Shown: piece by piece, positions 25,970 through 39,049 of the stretch | Layout: every line of letters begins with the position of its first letter | How positions within the stretch are numbered: position 1 is the stretch's first letter | Origin: Tubiluchus corallicola | Taxonomy: Eukaryota > Animalia > Priapulida | NCBI GenBank assembly: GCA_030141605.1 | Contig: JAQGDQ010000024.1 | Location: 806,001-870,000 of the forward strand | DNA: 64,000 bases | Direction: 5' to 3' | Translations under genes and position numbers: made by a program | The notes under the pieces: generated by a model | The model's database searches: none | Seen by the model: only the letters and a program-made list of their open reading frames with translations | What the model was told of the DNA's origin: nothing

Positions 25970-27083
25970 TTATTTCTAGGAAAATCAGTGCTGCTCTAAA
26001 ACTACACAAACTAATCAGAAGTGTTTTGTTTTTTATATAAATTACCTTGCGGCAGAAAAGTAAATTAGATTTATACTAAACAAGCCTCCACTAGCAGCAT
26101 TTACTTTTATATTAAAGACGTTCCCAGAAAGCCAATAACTTTTAGGAGACGTGACGTTGGATGTTCTCAAAGAGTTATGCGATTCAAAAAATTTCAATTC
26201 TGCGACAAAACAAGGTGGGAAATCTTACAAGCGCAAAAGCCTGTTAATAGTTCTGAAATTGCATAACTCTTTTTGACATTTAGCGCGCGCACACATATAT
26301 ACATCGGCTGTTTTTCACCTTGCACTGACAAAATTGTGCTTCTACACCATTCTGCCATAAAAAGTATCGGCCAGCAAGAAGTGTCAAACAAAGAAACATT
26401 AAATTGTTCATATTACAAAAATACGTCTATGAACATTAAACCCAGAATACACCACACTTAAAATTGTTTACTGTAATAATCAAAATAAATTTGTTGTTAG
26501 CATTGCACAACTTTCATGTACGCGATCACCAAGCATTATATAATTATACTGAACCTCTGTTAAAAACAAAGTTGGAATTTAAGGGTACTTGCTTCCATTT
26601 AGCTAAGACGACAGCATCTTAACGTTTATAGCAATTGTGGATAGGACTAAGAATATTAGCAGTGCCACTAAAGCTTGAAACCATCACTGTTGGTTCTGGA
26701 TCTCGATGGCGTATCCCCCTTAAAGAGGTAGCCTTGGTTAGAAAGCAAAAAATCCGAAAATATCGACATGTGACAAAAGAAACAGAAAGTCAACTTCAAC
26801 GTGTTAAAAAGGAAAGGATTATTTCCTCTGGTCCTCGAATCAATCATAATTAGTAATAAAATTCGTCAAAAGTAGTTTTGACCAGACTTCATGAGGAAGT
26901 TCTGTTGCAGGCAGGGCGCTGAACACCTATCAAAAACGGGAACAACGGAAAGCATTTCCAGTAAAAACGTAATCTGGTTTCAGCTTCGGGAACTTATCAT
27001 GTATTAGGAACCAACATATTTCAATGGTTAACACGGTCGTGCCGCAGTTGGGCTTGCATGTGATCAACAGTGACCGTAAACTG

Positions 27084-27453
27084 TCAGAACTGTAAGGTCA
27101 GTTGCAGTAATGTGTGCCAGAAGCCAAACAATCTGTGGGACACTTACTAAGTTGTTTTGAACAAGATAGGCGTGATGCAAATGTTCAGAATAAATATCAT
27201 GAGAGTGCCAAAACAATAAACTCGGTTGCAGTAAATGTGTGCCAGAAGCCAAACAATCTGTGTGACACTTACTAAGCTGTTTTGAGCAAGATATACGCGA
27301 TGTAAATGTTCAAAATAAATATCTTGATAGAGTATCAGAACAGTAAACTCAGTTGCAGTAATGTGTGCCAGAAGCGAAACAATCTGTGTGACACTTACGA
27401 AGTTGTTTTGAGCAAAATAGGCGCGAAGCAAATGTTCAGAATAAATAGTCATG
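27084..27453. repeat. Tandem repeat, ~125 bp x3
   Basis: gttgcagta(a)atgtgtgccagaagc.aaacaatctgtg.gacacttac...aaatgttca.aataaata starts at 27101, 27225 and 27352. Confidence 0.95.
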
Positions 27454-30400
27454 AAATTATTTGCAATGCTAAATCCGATGAGGCAAACACAATACTGTAT
27501 GGCAATATATTGATTGCGAGTTCCTGCAAATATGACTTGATAACCTCTAGTGTTAATAAACAGCATTTTCTTGGCCTGAGTCTGCATCTCCTGAGCATCG
27601 GGTCTAATCTAATAGAGCAACTTAAACTCTTCGGCTGCCATATTCACACAATGAAGGGGAGGTGCGTCCCTAGTGCTGATGTGCAATGGATGCTGAAAGT
27701 GACAAACATTTTCCAACGAGGCTATTTGACAAGCTCTGAAGCGAACGTTCGACCCCTTCAGGATAGCCGAACTTTACTGCAATTTTCTCAGTGTTCTACT
27801 TAACAGTGCAGTGATGACGTGATAAGTGATAGATAGAATAATATACGGGTAATATAGAGACTACTAAATCTCTATAAGACTTAAAGAAACGAAAATTGAC
27901 TTTCCGTGCACACGTACGATTGTATGTTCACTTATGGAATAACATTTTGAGGCATCCTGTTCTTAGGAGTCACGACTGCATGAAAAAGAAAGTTTGGGGC
28001 AATTGGAAAAAACCACAGGAATGTAACAGGATAGACACTACTGCCTGAAAGACTTCTATATTCGTGCCTAGCAGTTTATTTGCCCAAATACGTATTCGAG
28101 ATCATAATTCTGTACCAGCAGCGCCACCACCGGCGGATGATAGCAAGAGCATGTCACGTGGCCATCCTCGTTTTGAACCCAAGATTTCTTCGCCCAGCAT
28201 CTCAGCACGACATACAATAATGCAATTTATTGCTAAATTAGATTCACATCTAATCAAATAGACATAACAGGTTTTACAGGAGTATTTTTATGGCTGGATT
28301 CAGGAAGGACCTCCAATGCTTTTAATTGAGGGTTATACAAAATGCTCAGCCATTTCAACGCATAAAATTTTTAGCGTTCGGCTAATTTTCTTCGTTCAGC
28401 CCATTATCTCACTCATATACGGCTTGTTTTTTCTTACAAAATATGTGACTTAATTCAACTATTTTTGCAGTCTGTTCATACAGCTAAGAAAGTTACTATA
28501 TTTCTCTAAGGGTCGGTCTAATTGTTTATTCACTTGCTGTATACACATACACAGATATCCTAATGACGACCACTGTTGCTATCATTATTAACACCGTCGT
28601 CATTGCCAATGAATGACCTCACTATATAGCGTTAGAGCTTTGCTTTTTGTTTGACAACACTATCGCCGTGGCTATCATAGTGCTCATCTTTCAAGTTATC
28701 TTGCCTTCGAAGAGTCTGACGATCATCGTATCTTGGCGCACATATTGTGAGGAGAGTGGAATCGAAGTATTCGTGTGTATTATGTCTTCTAGGAGAATTA
28801 GTGTGATGAAAAATGGATCTTAAGCACTAAAGGTTGTGGAAAATCCGACAATACCACATGTTATTCTAATAGGGCTTGATTTCAATCTTTCTCTTTGGCT
28901 GTAGATTAAACTAGTTACTAATATTTGATTATGAGTAAATGTAAAGTTTGCGAAAACTTGTAGTGAACAATAAACTTGAATTAGAACAATCTATACTATT
29001 AATAATATCGAAAACAATTATGAAATGCAATACATACCTCACGTATGTTTACATATAATACACTTTTATTGCTAAAACAGTCCCATGATACTTAGGTAAA
29101 CGAGATGGTAAGATATTAGGTCAGGAATGACTTAAATGACGACCAAACTGACTCTTGGTATACACAGTGCTGCTCAAATACTTATACGCTGTCATAGTCA
29201 ACAACTCCAATAATTATTGAGCTCATCGTTATCATCATGATCGCCAGTATCCTTATCAAGATCTTCCCTACCAAGAAGGCCTTCGACCACCACATTTCTT
29301 CTAAGTACTGTACAGTCCTCAAAAAATATTGTCCTTGTCATCGTCACTGTCAATGTCGTTACTGCCATTGCTATTACTATCGTTTTCTCATTGCACTGCC
29401 GCCGCTACCAACCGCTAAAATCACACTGTCATAGCTGCCATGAACAAACGGCTTCGTATTAATGCATTACATTCCTGGCAGGCCAATGGGGCATTTTTTA
29501 TCAAGCCACTAAAATATGTTTGCAGAATAGATCATATTTTCCTGGACACAAGTTTCAACAATGAGAGACCCTACGCCCCCCCCCAAACGAATGAGTTAAT
29601 CATTTAAACGCATTCGAGGCACCACATCGCCGAACTGCCTCACATGTAAAACAACATGGCCTCTTCGACAGCTCGCACATTATACATCAACACTGAAAGA
29701 TGTTTGCGGAAAAACGTTAACAGAGAATCCAATTAAGAACTATCCAGTCTTCAGAGACGGCTGTGTTTCCCCAGTCACAATAACACTAAAACAGTCATTA
29801 AAGTCTTAAATTTTAATCCGGAAAATTAACGATCGTAAAGAAGCCGAGAACCATCACGGCCTGCTTCTATCAGCGGGTGAAGTAAGGATTTACATTTAAT
29901 TTCTTTTAAAATCTTAGCACCAGTTTAAGCACCACGCAGGCGAAATATAAAAATACATTTTAAACCGAGAAATTAATTTGTTGATTTGAGTACATTCATG
30001 AGAATAAATATTGCTTATGAAATAACATGGAACTGTTATGTATAACTGTCCGGCGCAGCTAGAAAACATTGGTATCTACGCTCTATATCCTGTCTTTGGC
30101 ACAAGATTCGAATTTATCAGAATTTTTTAGTTTTTGAGAAAACTATCTTATAGCTAGATGAATTGGAGAGTGAAACTTACTGGAGAATTTTGAGATCAAT
30201 ACTATCGGTCTTGACGCTTAAAGTGTGCATCTTAACCTTGGTGTAAAGTTTAAACCAGTTCTCGAATTGCTAAGTATATCTAATCCATGCAATATTCTCA
30301 AATGCTTCGTGCTCATATTTTTGGACCAAAGTCTCCTAAAGTCGCCTAGCAAACTTAGAATCATTGTCTGTCACCTAACAAGATAGGAAGCACTAATAGG

Positions 30401-30481
30401 TTTGGATCCGGCAATGAGATACTGTTTATTGTTTTTCATTGATCGTCGAATACAATATAATTTTGGAGAGTGAAAAAATTT

Positions 30482-30565
30482 CACCGACTGGGAGTCGATC
30501 TGGATTTCTTGATCACAATCTTCGGATTAAGAACCAAATGCATTATCCCTTAGGTCACGAAGTGG
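30482..30565 (-). mobile_element. Degenerate tRNA(Arg)-like SINE head / tRNA pseudogene
   Basis: Minus-strand GTGACCTAAGGGATAATGCATTTGGTTCTTAATCCGAAGATTGTG resembles tRNA-Arg (GTGGCCTAATGGATAAGGC...GAAGATTG). A B-box-like GATCGACTCCC follows after a short insertion. Confidence 0.5.
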
Positions 30566-31533
30566 TGTAACAGTCATATAGCCATACAGGTCACTAGTCC
30601 ACTCATTTAAAGGCCTTAAGCTATGCGGCAATAGATCACAGGTATCATTTGTGCATAACAGTTTACATGTGTACTATACATGCATGTATAGTTTATGCAT
30701 CCAAGAGACCACAACTATGACGCAATACTAGAGGAGTTATTGGAATTATGCAACCTTTATCTAGCCTGATGGTTTTTCTATGGGCACCATTACAAAAATG
30801 CATCGTAATCATCTAACGCTTCTTTAAGATAGTGTACTAGTGTATGTAGTGATGACGTCATACTGGCAGCCACATTAAGAGAGTGAAAGTGGGTCCTATT
30901 ACAGTCGGCGCAATGGTTCATAGTATATTTATGCAAAAGCTCAGCCTCCTGCGATGAAAACTGAGGTCTGTGACAGATTTCCCAGATAAATGTGACAAAA
31001 ACACCATCAACAACAACAGCAACATGACGAAGAACTAGAAATCCGCGCACTTCGCGCCGGATTCAAAAACTGCGAAGCTGCAAACAAACCCTTATAAAAT
31101 CATTCATTTATTTCGTAATGTGCAATATGCATTATATTCAGTATGTAGACTAGTATTTACACTCTAGTGTTAATGCCGCACTTATGTTTAAGACAGAAAT
31201 CCGATTTGTTTTCTTATCGCTTATAACAGCATTAAACATCGGTATTTATTTTTGATTCTAAAACGCGATTTAATTTAAGTGTCCACTCTAAACGGCTTCA
31301 GCACTTTAGCAGCCAACACAACAAGTTTAAATTCATAAAGCAATGAAATTGAGTGAAGGTTCTGAGTCTTCAAAAAGGGTTTAGATTTGAAGTGGATGAC
31401 AAGGCAAACGAATACATTAAATAAGTCTTCACACTTGCGCATGTACAACTAAATTGGTTCGTTTTACACCACAGTAACTGAATTTTACTAATTTTTCGTT
31501 ATGTGACCAGAAATGGGTAAATAGATCGCATCA

Positions 31534-31608
31534 TACTGGGTTTCGAACCCAGAACAATGTCGCATCAGCTTATAAGGCTATTTAGCACAAGAAACTAGCC
31601 GCCAGCTA
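31534..31608 (-). mobile_element. Degenerate tRNA-derived (SINE-like) head
   Basis: The minus strand has TAGCTGGCGG (A-box-like) and then CTGGG-TTCGAAA-CCCAG (perfect T-arm with B-box). Confidence 0.45.
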
Positions 31609-32404
31609 TCTTGAAAATTAATTACAATCATTATAAAAAACACAGATTTCATTAAAAAATTATTCCTGGACAGCATTTTTATTGTAAAATACACCAAACG
31701 TATCACGCGTCAAAATTTAAATCAGTGGTAGTTCAACTATAATACAGATGAACTAAACAAATTTTCAATGAACTTCTAATTTTCCATCAGCCCACCGAGA
31801 CTGGTGATTACGCAAATGATAAGAGCGGCTTTAAGATTAAAAATGTCCTTTGCTAATTTTTCCTTCATTTATTATTCCGCATTTTCGCTTTGTCTTCCGT
31901 CTGGCATGGCGGCTTTGTTCATACTGGACCGATATTATTATAAGTATGATTATACATGAACAAATGTCAAGCGTAACAAACCCTCCATGTAATTCTGCGC
32001 AAAATTAATTGGAATTATATCTGCCTAATTAATCTGCCGCGCAGCAGCTTAGCCATCACCGTTATACACATGCAGATTATCCAGAATATCATATTAATTA
32101 AAAATATCATACATGATTTGATTAATTACCCACCGGAGTGTCATCTTTCAAACAAATCTCAAACGCTCAGAAACACTGTCTATTTAGTCTGTCAAATTTC
32201 ATTCGAGCGGCGGTGCCGCGTTTGAGATCGAGAGGTTGTTTCAGTTTAATTAACAATCAAGCGGAAGCAATTAAAATGAAAAGTTTTCTATACGTACAGG
32301 GTAATTCAAAAGTATCGCATCAAGTTAGTAGACTGGCACTCAAACTGCATAATTTAATTTTTAAATTAGTCACTACAGGGCTAAAGTCAGAACTGTCCTT
32401 GGTA

Positions 32405-32945
32405 CCGTACACACTGAATAACTTGATCAATAGAAGAATGACTTTGTCTTCAAAGTAACTAACTTTATAAGTGAAATTCAAAATTTCGTACTGAAATGTA
32501 ACTTTCGAACTACACCTCAAAATCCTCTGAAATAACTTCTAAAAGATATTCAAACGCACCTGCTTGATAAGAAAATTTTATTATCAAATAAATAAGAAAA
32601 TAAAAGTAAGTTGGTATTCAAACTGAGTGGTGCAATGTTTGTATATGTACAGAATAAGTCAAAAGTAACGATCACGTTGGTAAACTTGCATTCAAACTAC
32701 ATTGTTTGTTTCTCTGATTAGTCTCTAGGCCAGAAACCAGAATTTGATATAGAGTATCGCGGTACCAATCACACTAAATAATTTGATAATTAATTAACAT
32801 AAATGAGTGACTTGATCTTCAAAGTAGCGGAATTAAGAATTTTGTACTAAAATGTTGAACTCAGCTTAATCCACAACTTCTGAATGACACTCAAACTCAA
32901 CAGTTCGATTACTAGCTCCGGTATTCAAGCTGAGTAAACAATGGA
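32405..32945. repeat. Two diverged direct copies (~32405-32640 and ~32765-32945)
   Basis: Shared ordered blocks: cacact.aataa.ttgat.aat, tgactt..tcttcaaagta, aattt.gtact.aaatgt, aacttct.aa.ga.a.tcaaac and ggtattcaa.ctgagt...caatg. Confidence 0.75.
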
Positions 32946-34493
32946 CAAAACAAGAAAATTACTACTTAAGCTAGATGATTTCATACTTGAAATATAGCTT
33001 GGCATATACAAATACTGACATACGAACTTATATAACAAGGGTTAAGATACTACATTTGAAGCGAAAAGTTTGTGAGGGACTGGTGGTTAATAATATTTAA
33101 ACTAAGCTAAAATACGCTGCGTCGGGACGATGAGAGGGTCTGTCTGTGGGGATTTATTACCTCTGCTAGCGCCATGGGGTTTGGTAACTAACTAATTAAA
33201 TACTCATTAAAATTGTATTAAAATGTGTTTTGCTTTCGTTTACCAGAAATAAGCAAAATAAAAGAAAAAAGTACATGTACTTTATTCGGTAGTTCATGTC
33301 TGTTTTAAGGCGTGAGTGGCAATCACGGTGAGCCCGCACACAAAACCACAAATAAACTCACCTTACCTTATAACAGAAAGTATCACCGCAAGAAATATTA
33401 TTGAGAAAAAAATTGGACAAAAATAAAGAAAATTGAGCCAGGATTACAAAGAAAAACGTGCATATAAATCTTCGACTAAAACCATGTAGCTGTCTACAAA
33501 AAGGGACTAATTCATTAGAAAGACGTCGTATACTCAATCTAAGGAAAAGCAGACGCCGCAAAAAACTACAAAGACTTCTTACAAGCAGCTACAAGGTAGA
33601 TTTACTTATTACATTTGAAATTAAACGGATTATCTTTTATATTTCACATAAACTTTTGCAACATCATCTCAAACAAAAAGCAGCCGAACTAATTACACAC
33701 TAACGCGCTGCCTTGATCATTTGATGGATACAAATTTCTAATTTAACCTTAAACATTTGCGCAAAACTTATTTGCTTATAATTAACCCGAAGAACGCATT
33801 AGGAGTATTTCCATGCGCAAACTTTAATTTGAATTCATTTTCATTACAAAACGTTGCGATAAAATCTTGTGCAAATTTAATTTGCAGTCGAAACCGTAAA
33901 GGCAAACTTCGCTCAAAATTTATGCTTATTACCAGTTCGCGGCGAATTGTTCAGAAGCTAAGAAAATTCAAAATAAGCAAATAGCGTGTTGCATCAACGC
34001 CTCCGAGGTTAATGATAAGAATAAAATAACCACAATGGCGCAAATCAGACAAATTGCCGCTTCTTTTTTCCTGCAACTTTGACAAGTTCGATGAAAGCGT
34101 GTTTTTCGATTACATGGTTCTCGTCTTCACTTTTGCAGTAACTTCACTGAAAAAAATCCTACTAAAGAATTGCTAATTTTAATTGACCAGTCCTACGATT
34201 GGAAAGCGTAGCGGTTTTGTGTATGCAGTGTATTCAGTACAAAACAACGCTGAAAATACAAATAGACTGTTCTTCACATGCTAACTAGAAATGAGAAAAG
34301 ATATATCTCCTTCCACCCTAAGCTGTTACTGTAAGCTCTTACGTTTCGCTTGGCAGCATTAACTACAGTGGAATTGAGAGAAGAGGTAATAGACGTTTAG
34401 ATATATAGCTATATTATCGGCTTCTTTATTATTGGGTGTTTACTTTGAAGTAGTGTATGGAGTATAGAGAAACCAGAAAAAATGAGTAAGCTT

Positions 34494-34541
34494 ATACTAT
34501 ATATATACACACACACACACATATATATATATTTATATATA
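34494..34541. repeat. Compound (TA)n/(CA)n microsatellite
   Basis: tatatatata cacacacacacaca tatatatatata. Confidence 0.9.
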
Positions 34542-35940
34542 GGGGGACTATAACGGGCTTAACCTTGAAGGATTTTGGACACTAAATGCCATTATTGCAC
34601 AACCACATGGATTAACAACACAATGAAAAGAAGGTAGTCCAAGGTACGATAACTTTTATGATAAACCAAGTGATCCTGCCGCAGGTAAAGATCTCAGTGT
34701 AAATGTATAGAAAAGTGAAATGGATTATTACAAGTATTTGGGTTTATTACACACAATAAACTATTCAATTTCTTCCTGCACCCGGCGCAGGGTCCCAGCC
34801 TGTGATTTTCCAGTTTCACTGCGACTAATCCTGCAGACAAAACGTTTAACAAAGTCGATAATCACAGTTTCTAAGTTCCAGGCAAACCTCGACAAAACGC
34901 TGCCAAAATGTCTTAATTGCCCTAACTTGCAAGAAAAGCCTCGTAGCGAAGCACTTAAGTGACTTACGACTCGATACTGACGAGTTTTTTCTGCGGACTC
35001 AGTGTAAACGGATAGTAGGCAGGAAAAACCCTTGGATAAACAGCTATACGAGTATTTGATGTGTGGGCAGAAGCAGGGTGATTGTACAGGGTGCCTTAAA
35101 AATCGAGTATATATAAACGTTATGACTGCAGAATGCCCAAAACTTTCCGTGAATGAGTAAATATTAATGGCAAAGCTTTTAAATGCACCACTTATGGAAG
35201 TAATTCTCACTCCTTGTACAAGATGCTCCAAAATTTTCGATTTTTTTGTTTTTTATCAGCTATAATGCTCCATTCATCAAGTGTCACCATAACTGTGGTA
35301 CGTAATATTGAATAAGTTAAACAATTTTCATGACCTTCAGTTTCACATAGCTGAAGTACTTAACTTTCCTGGTGATAGTTTGGGACCAGAACACATTTTC
35401 ATAACATCAGACACAAACAATGCATAAAGGATAAGTCGCGTCTCACATGATATAAAAGTAAATATAACCATTGTTTTTGCTTTTTGTAAAGTTTTTCATG
35501 TGGTATTACACTGTTGTGCAGAACATATAGCACATACTGTAGTTATTAAGTCTCATGGTAACTCAAAAACAGAGGCCCGGTATAATTGCAAAATAGGTAA
35601 CTAATAACTTGCAAACAAAAAAAGACAAATAAAAATTTTTTGCTTTAAAACATTTTTAAGTTATTCATTTCGGAACACGATTGTAGATGTAAGACGTAAA
35701 ATGGACCAAAACTACTTAAAAATACATCTATAAAAATAACTACAAATTAATGGCATAAATGCAGCGGAACTTGCTGTTTGCAGCTAATGTGAATGCACCA
35801 AGAATGCTTCTTGTTAAACAAGATTAAATGGACAGATTTCCAAAATGCACTTATATTGATAGAGTAACAACTGTAGGAAGAAATAAGCATAACTTTGAAA
35901 AAGCAAGTTTTGGAGCAATTTAATAAACATGAATATTTCA

Positions 35941-35967
35941 CCTCACCTTGGCGATGCAACTTACCTA
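35941..35967 (-). other. Splice donor of the large exon (G|gtaagt at 35965) plus a second in-frame donor 18 nt downstream (AAG|gtgagg at 35947)
   Basis: The minus strand reads GAC CTA G|GTAAGTTGCATCGCCAAG|GTGAGG. Both sites match the 5' splice consensus and both are phase 1. Confidence 0.75.
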
Positions 35968-38900
35968 GGTCATCAAATGTGACCTTATCTCCATCAAGAA
36001 TCTCTTTCACCGTCAAGATGTTTGATATCTCATCTTCCACAAGCCCTCTCTGGTGTTGGTGTATTGCTTCATTGCGCAGGTGTTTGACCGACTTCACATG
36101 TTGCATCATGTTTGCCCTTGATCTGGTGTTGAAGTTGCAGATGGCGCAGTTGTAGTAGCGCGTCGATGAAGCATTGCTCTCGCTCGCCTGCAGATGGAGG
36201 TAAAGTCGAGCGTTCAGGTCGTGCACCTGGCTGCTAATGTGAAGCTGGAACTTGTGGATGCTGTTGGTCTGGAAGTCACAGGCATTGCACCGAATCTGCA
36301 CCGGGTTAGTCATATTCAGGTACTTCAGGCGCCAGTCATTTTGTGGACCGCCTTCTCGAATGTGATTGATCAACTGTAACTTCTGCAAGTGTTTATCAGT
36401 TTTACAATGCAGCTGGAAGTTTGCCTTCAGGTTGGTTTTGTACTGACACAGTTTGCACATGTACGTGCCATTGACAACCATAACTACTTCCAGCTCGGCA
36501 GTTTTGGTACGATCTTTCTGCATATGGCTGTGCAGTGCTTCCAAATTTTCTGTAGAAAACACATTGCAGATACAACACTGATAAATCTTCATGTTTCCAT
36601 CAATTGGTTTGTGGGCAGTGCTTTCCATACTTTGGTCTCCATCGATAGTATTTCGGTTGGTGTTAGGAGCAATCTGTGGATTTAGCGTTCCAGGTAGAAT
36701 GAAAGGGTTAAAACCGGTTGCTGCTGGAGCCATAGCTGCAGCAAGATCACTACCACCTAATCCAAATGCTGCTCCAATTTGTCGCAGTTGCTCATCCTGT
36801 AGTGCAGCTACTGCAGACAACTGCATTTGCATGTCTTGTTGCATGTGTTTCATGTTTTGTTGCAACATCAACATGTTGTGCGTATGTTTTTCACTAGTCA
36901 TGTGAATTCGCAGATTCCTGGCAACATTTGTCTCATAATTACAGATGTCACATCGCCATGATGGCTTGCCCTTATGAGAAGTGGAACTACGATTAATATC
37001 TGCCAAGTGTTGCTGCTGGGCTAACTGCTGCTGTTGTTGAATCAACTGCTGATGATGATGCTGCAGTTGTTGCTGTTGCTCTGACAGCTGCTGCTTTTGT
37101 TGCAGATGATGTTGCTGCTGATGTCGAACCTGTGATGATGATGGTGCTTGCTCGGCTGAGGTTTGACCAAATAAATCATGACTAGAATTTGATGTAGACT
37201 GCGGTACACCTGGCCCACTATTTTGTGCATCATTCACATTGTTGAGATGCTTGTCTGACTGCATATGAATGCTCAGGTTTCCTTTAGTGGTCGTGGAGTA
37301 ATTGCAGATTTCACAACGATATGGTTTATATCCACAAGTGTATGTCTCTCCTCGAGCTAGACGTGGATGTGGTTGATTGGCTAGGCAATACATACATGTT
37401 GTCTCGCTCTCCGGATGCTTTTCCTTCATGTGGATTTCCAATGTCTCCTGATACTTGTAGTGCCAATTACATTTTGGACACTTCAGGGTCTTGCAAGAAT
37501 TTCTTGAGTGCATCATTGTAATATGCCCTCCAAGAGACCTTCCCGAGCCCAAAATTAGGTCACACTTAGGGCACTCAACCCCATTGGTCCTGCCATCAGG
37601 ATGGTGAGAGCAAAAAAAGGGATTACCAGGTGATAAAGGTGACCGTGAAAATCCGTGCATGCCCATGTCCATGACATCTCCATGTGATGACCCTGCTTCA
37701 CTTTGACTAGAACTGTGTTGTGATCCTGGGCGAGATAATGCCCGAGCTGGAGAGCTGGTCAGCCTTTTTTCATATTCACCAAATGGATGTGAATAACTTG
37801 GATTCTGTGACGAGCTGCATGCATTTCTTTCTTCCTCACTATCCTGACCACCACCTCCCGCATCCCTTGGCAACTGTGGAAATAAGCTGGTGACTTTGTC
37901 ACTTCCTGTAGCACCGGGTTCGGGATTAGATCCCTGCCTATCATTGGATGACAGACTTGCAGCCATAACTGATAAAGCCTCTGCATTTTGTGTTGTAGTA
38001 TTATATACATAGCCTGCACTGCTTTGAGCAGCTAGACTTACAACTGATTGTCCATTTGCTATATTGCACTGCCCACCGGATGTACCATTCGGCTCAAGGA
38101 ATGAAAGTAGTGGCTGTTTCTCCACTCCCACGCCTTGTATAATTGCCGAAGAATTTGTTCGATTCATTATTAATTGTTCTGAATCTTTCAAAGTCATCTT
38201 ATGTTCATTCGTTGCATGCGAAACAAATGATTTGGTATAACCAAACGACAGTTTACATATAAAACACATAAGAATAGGTTTAGTTGGTACAGAGGTATAG
38301 TCACATTCACGAATTGACTGAGTTTTTCCATCACTAGTTTCTTTAGTTCCTCCCTCACTGGTGCGTAAGTCATATACTCGATAACTATGCATCACCGGTT
38401 GCTCCAAAAATCGCTTCTTCTCGGCTCCATACAAAGACGTAGCAGGTCCATACAATGAGGGATCATACATAACGGTACTCCATGATACATGGAATGCGTT
38501 AACAATCTGAGGTAGAGCTGTGCTCACATTCACACCACGCTTATCAACAATCGCACCTTCTTGGGTAGGAATATCCAAGCTGGCATCGCTTTCACTACAC
38601 TCGCTGTCTCCAGGTTCTATTATATACGCAGAGCCATCGGGTTGATATACGATCCTACCCTCGAATGCTTCAACGTCACTGAGTAAGCTGTCGCTGTCAC
38701 TGCTGTTCATTGATATATCTTCTACTCTTGTCTGCGTACACTGGTGATCAAGATACTGTTGGAGATTTGCGCAGCGTTGCAGACATTCACCACAAGTCAC
38801 TGGTTCTTCAGGTTTTGTTTCGACACTCACCGGTGACGATCCAGCAACTTGTGTCGAGCACTGGGTTTCGAGTGTGCATTGTTGAGTGGTATTAGAGGTG

Positions 38901-39049
38901 TTTTGGCTGTGCTGAGGTTCCATGGATTGAGGTTCTTTAGACTGAGGTTGTCGATATGAGGTTGCAAGGTCAGCCGACCCGGCATCTTGTTGCCATGATG
39001 ACATGGTTGTTTCCCTGAAACTATCATCTCCAATGAGATTTCTCTCCAT
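35965..39049 (-). CDS. zfh2: Zinc finger homeobox protein (ZFHX3/ZFHX4-like, Drosophila zfh2 orthologue), first coding exon; partial CDS of 1028 codons + 1 nt, continuing beyond a phase-1 intron
   Basis: The ORF track gives 35747..39049. It contains family-diagnostic segments: GRIVYQPDGSAYIIE, KPILMCFICKLSFGY, HSRNSCKTLKCPKCNWHYKYQETLEIHMKEKHP, HPRLARGETYTCGYKPYRCEICNYSTTTKGNLSIHMQSDKHLNN, WRCDICNYETNVARNLRIHMTSEKH and CKLCQYKTNLKANFQLHCKTDKH. Homology ends at a canonical donor, CTA G|gtaagt (35965/35964). An in-frame TAA at 39076-39074 upstream makes ATG 39049 the first possible start. Confidence 0.95.
37007..37123 (-). repeat. Coding polyglutamine/histidine (CAR-rich) tract within zfh2
   Basis: Encodes HQQQHHLQQKQQLSEQQQQLQHHHQQLIQQQQQLAQQQH between two zinc fingers. 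Confidence 0.9.

Larger units (their letters stand above)
1..35964 (-). other. Long zfh2 intron region (no recognisable downstream zinc-finger or homeodomain exon in the window; short poorly conserved exons cannot be excluded)
   Basis: The protein is incomplete at the donor (no homeodomains). No ORF in 1..35.9 kb resembles ZFHX or any other recognisable protein. Confidence 0.65.

Noticed and set aside
27064-27803. 146-aa and 165-aa ORFs
   Set aside because: They arise largely from the 125-bp tandem repeat, whose unit lengths (124/127) do not preserve frame. No recognisable domain.
14788-34985. Other AG-N(6-18)-GTAAG micro-exon-like words (about 14790, 15670, 15790, 33580, 34965)
   Set aside because: Weak pyrimidine tracts or an in-frame stop; consistent with chance.
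34761-35231. 156-aa minus-strand ORF as the next zfh2 exon
   Set aside because: No zinc-finger or linker-like composition, no convincing acceptor/donor pair, and a non-ATG start.
35747-35964. C-terminal 72 aa of the 1100-aa ORF as part of the normal protein
   Set aside because: It lies beyond a canonical GTAAGT donor and has no ZFHX similarity, so it is treated as intron read-through.
35895-39033. Short overlapping ORFs within the zfh2 exon, on both strands
   Set aside because: Shadow ORFs of the real CDS.
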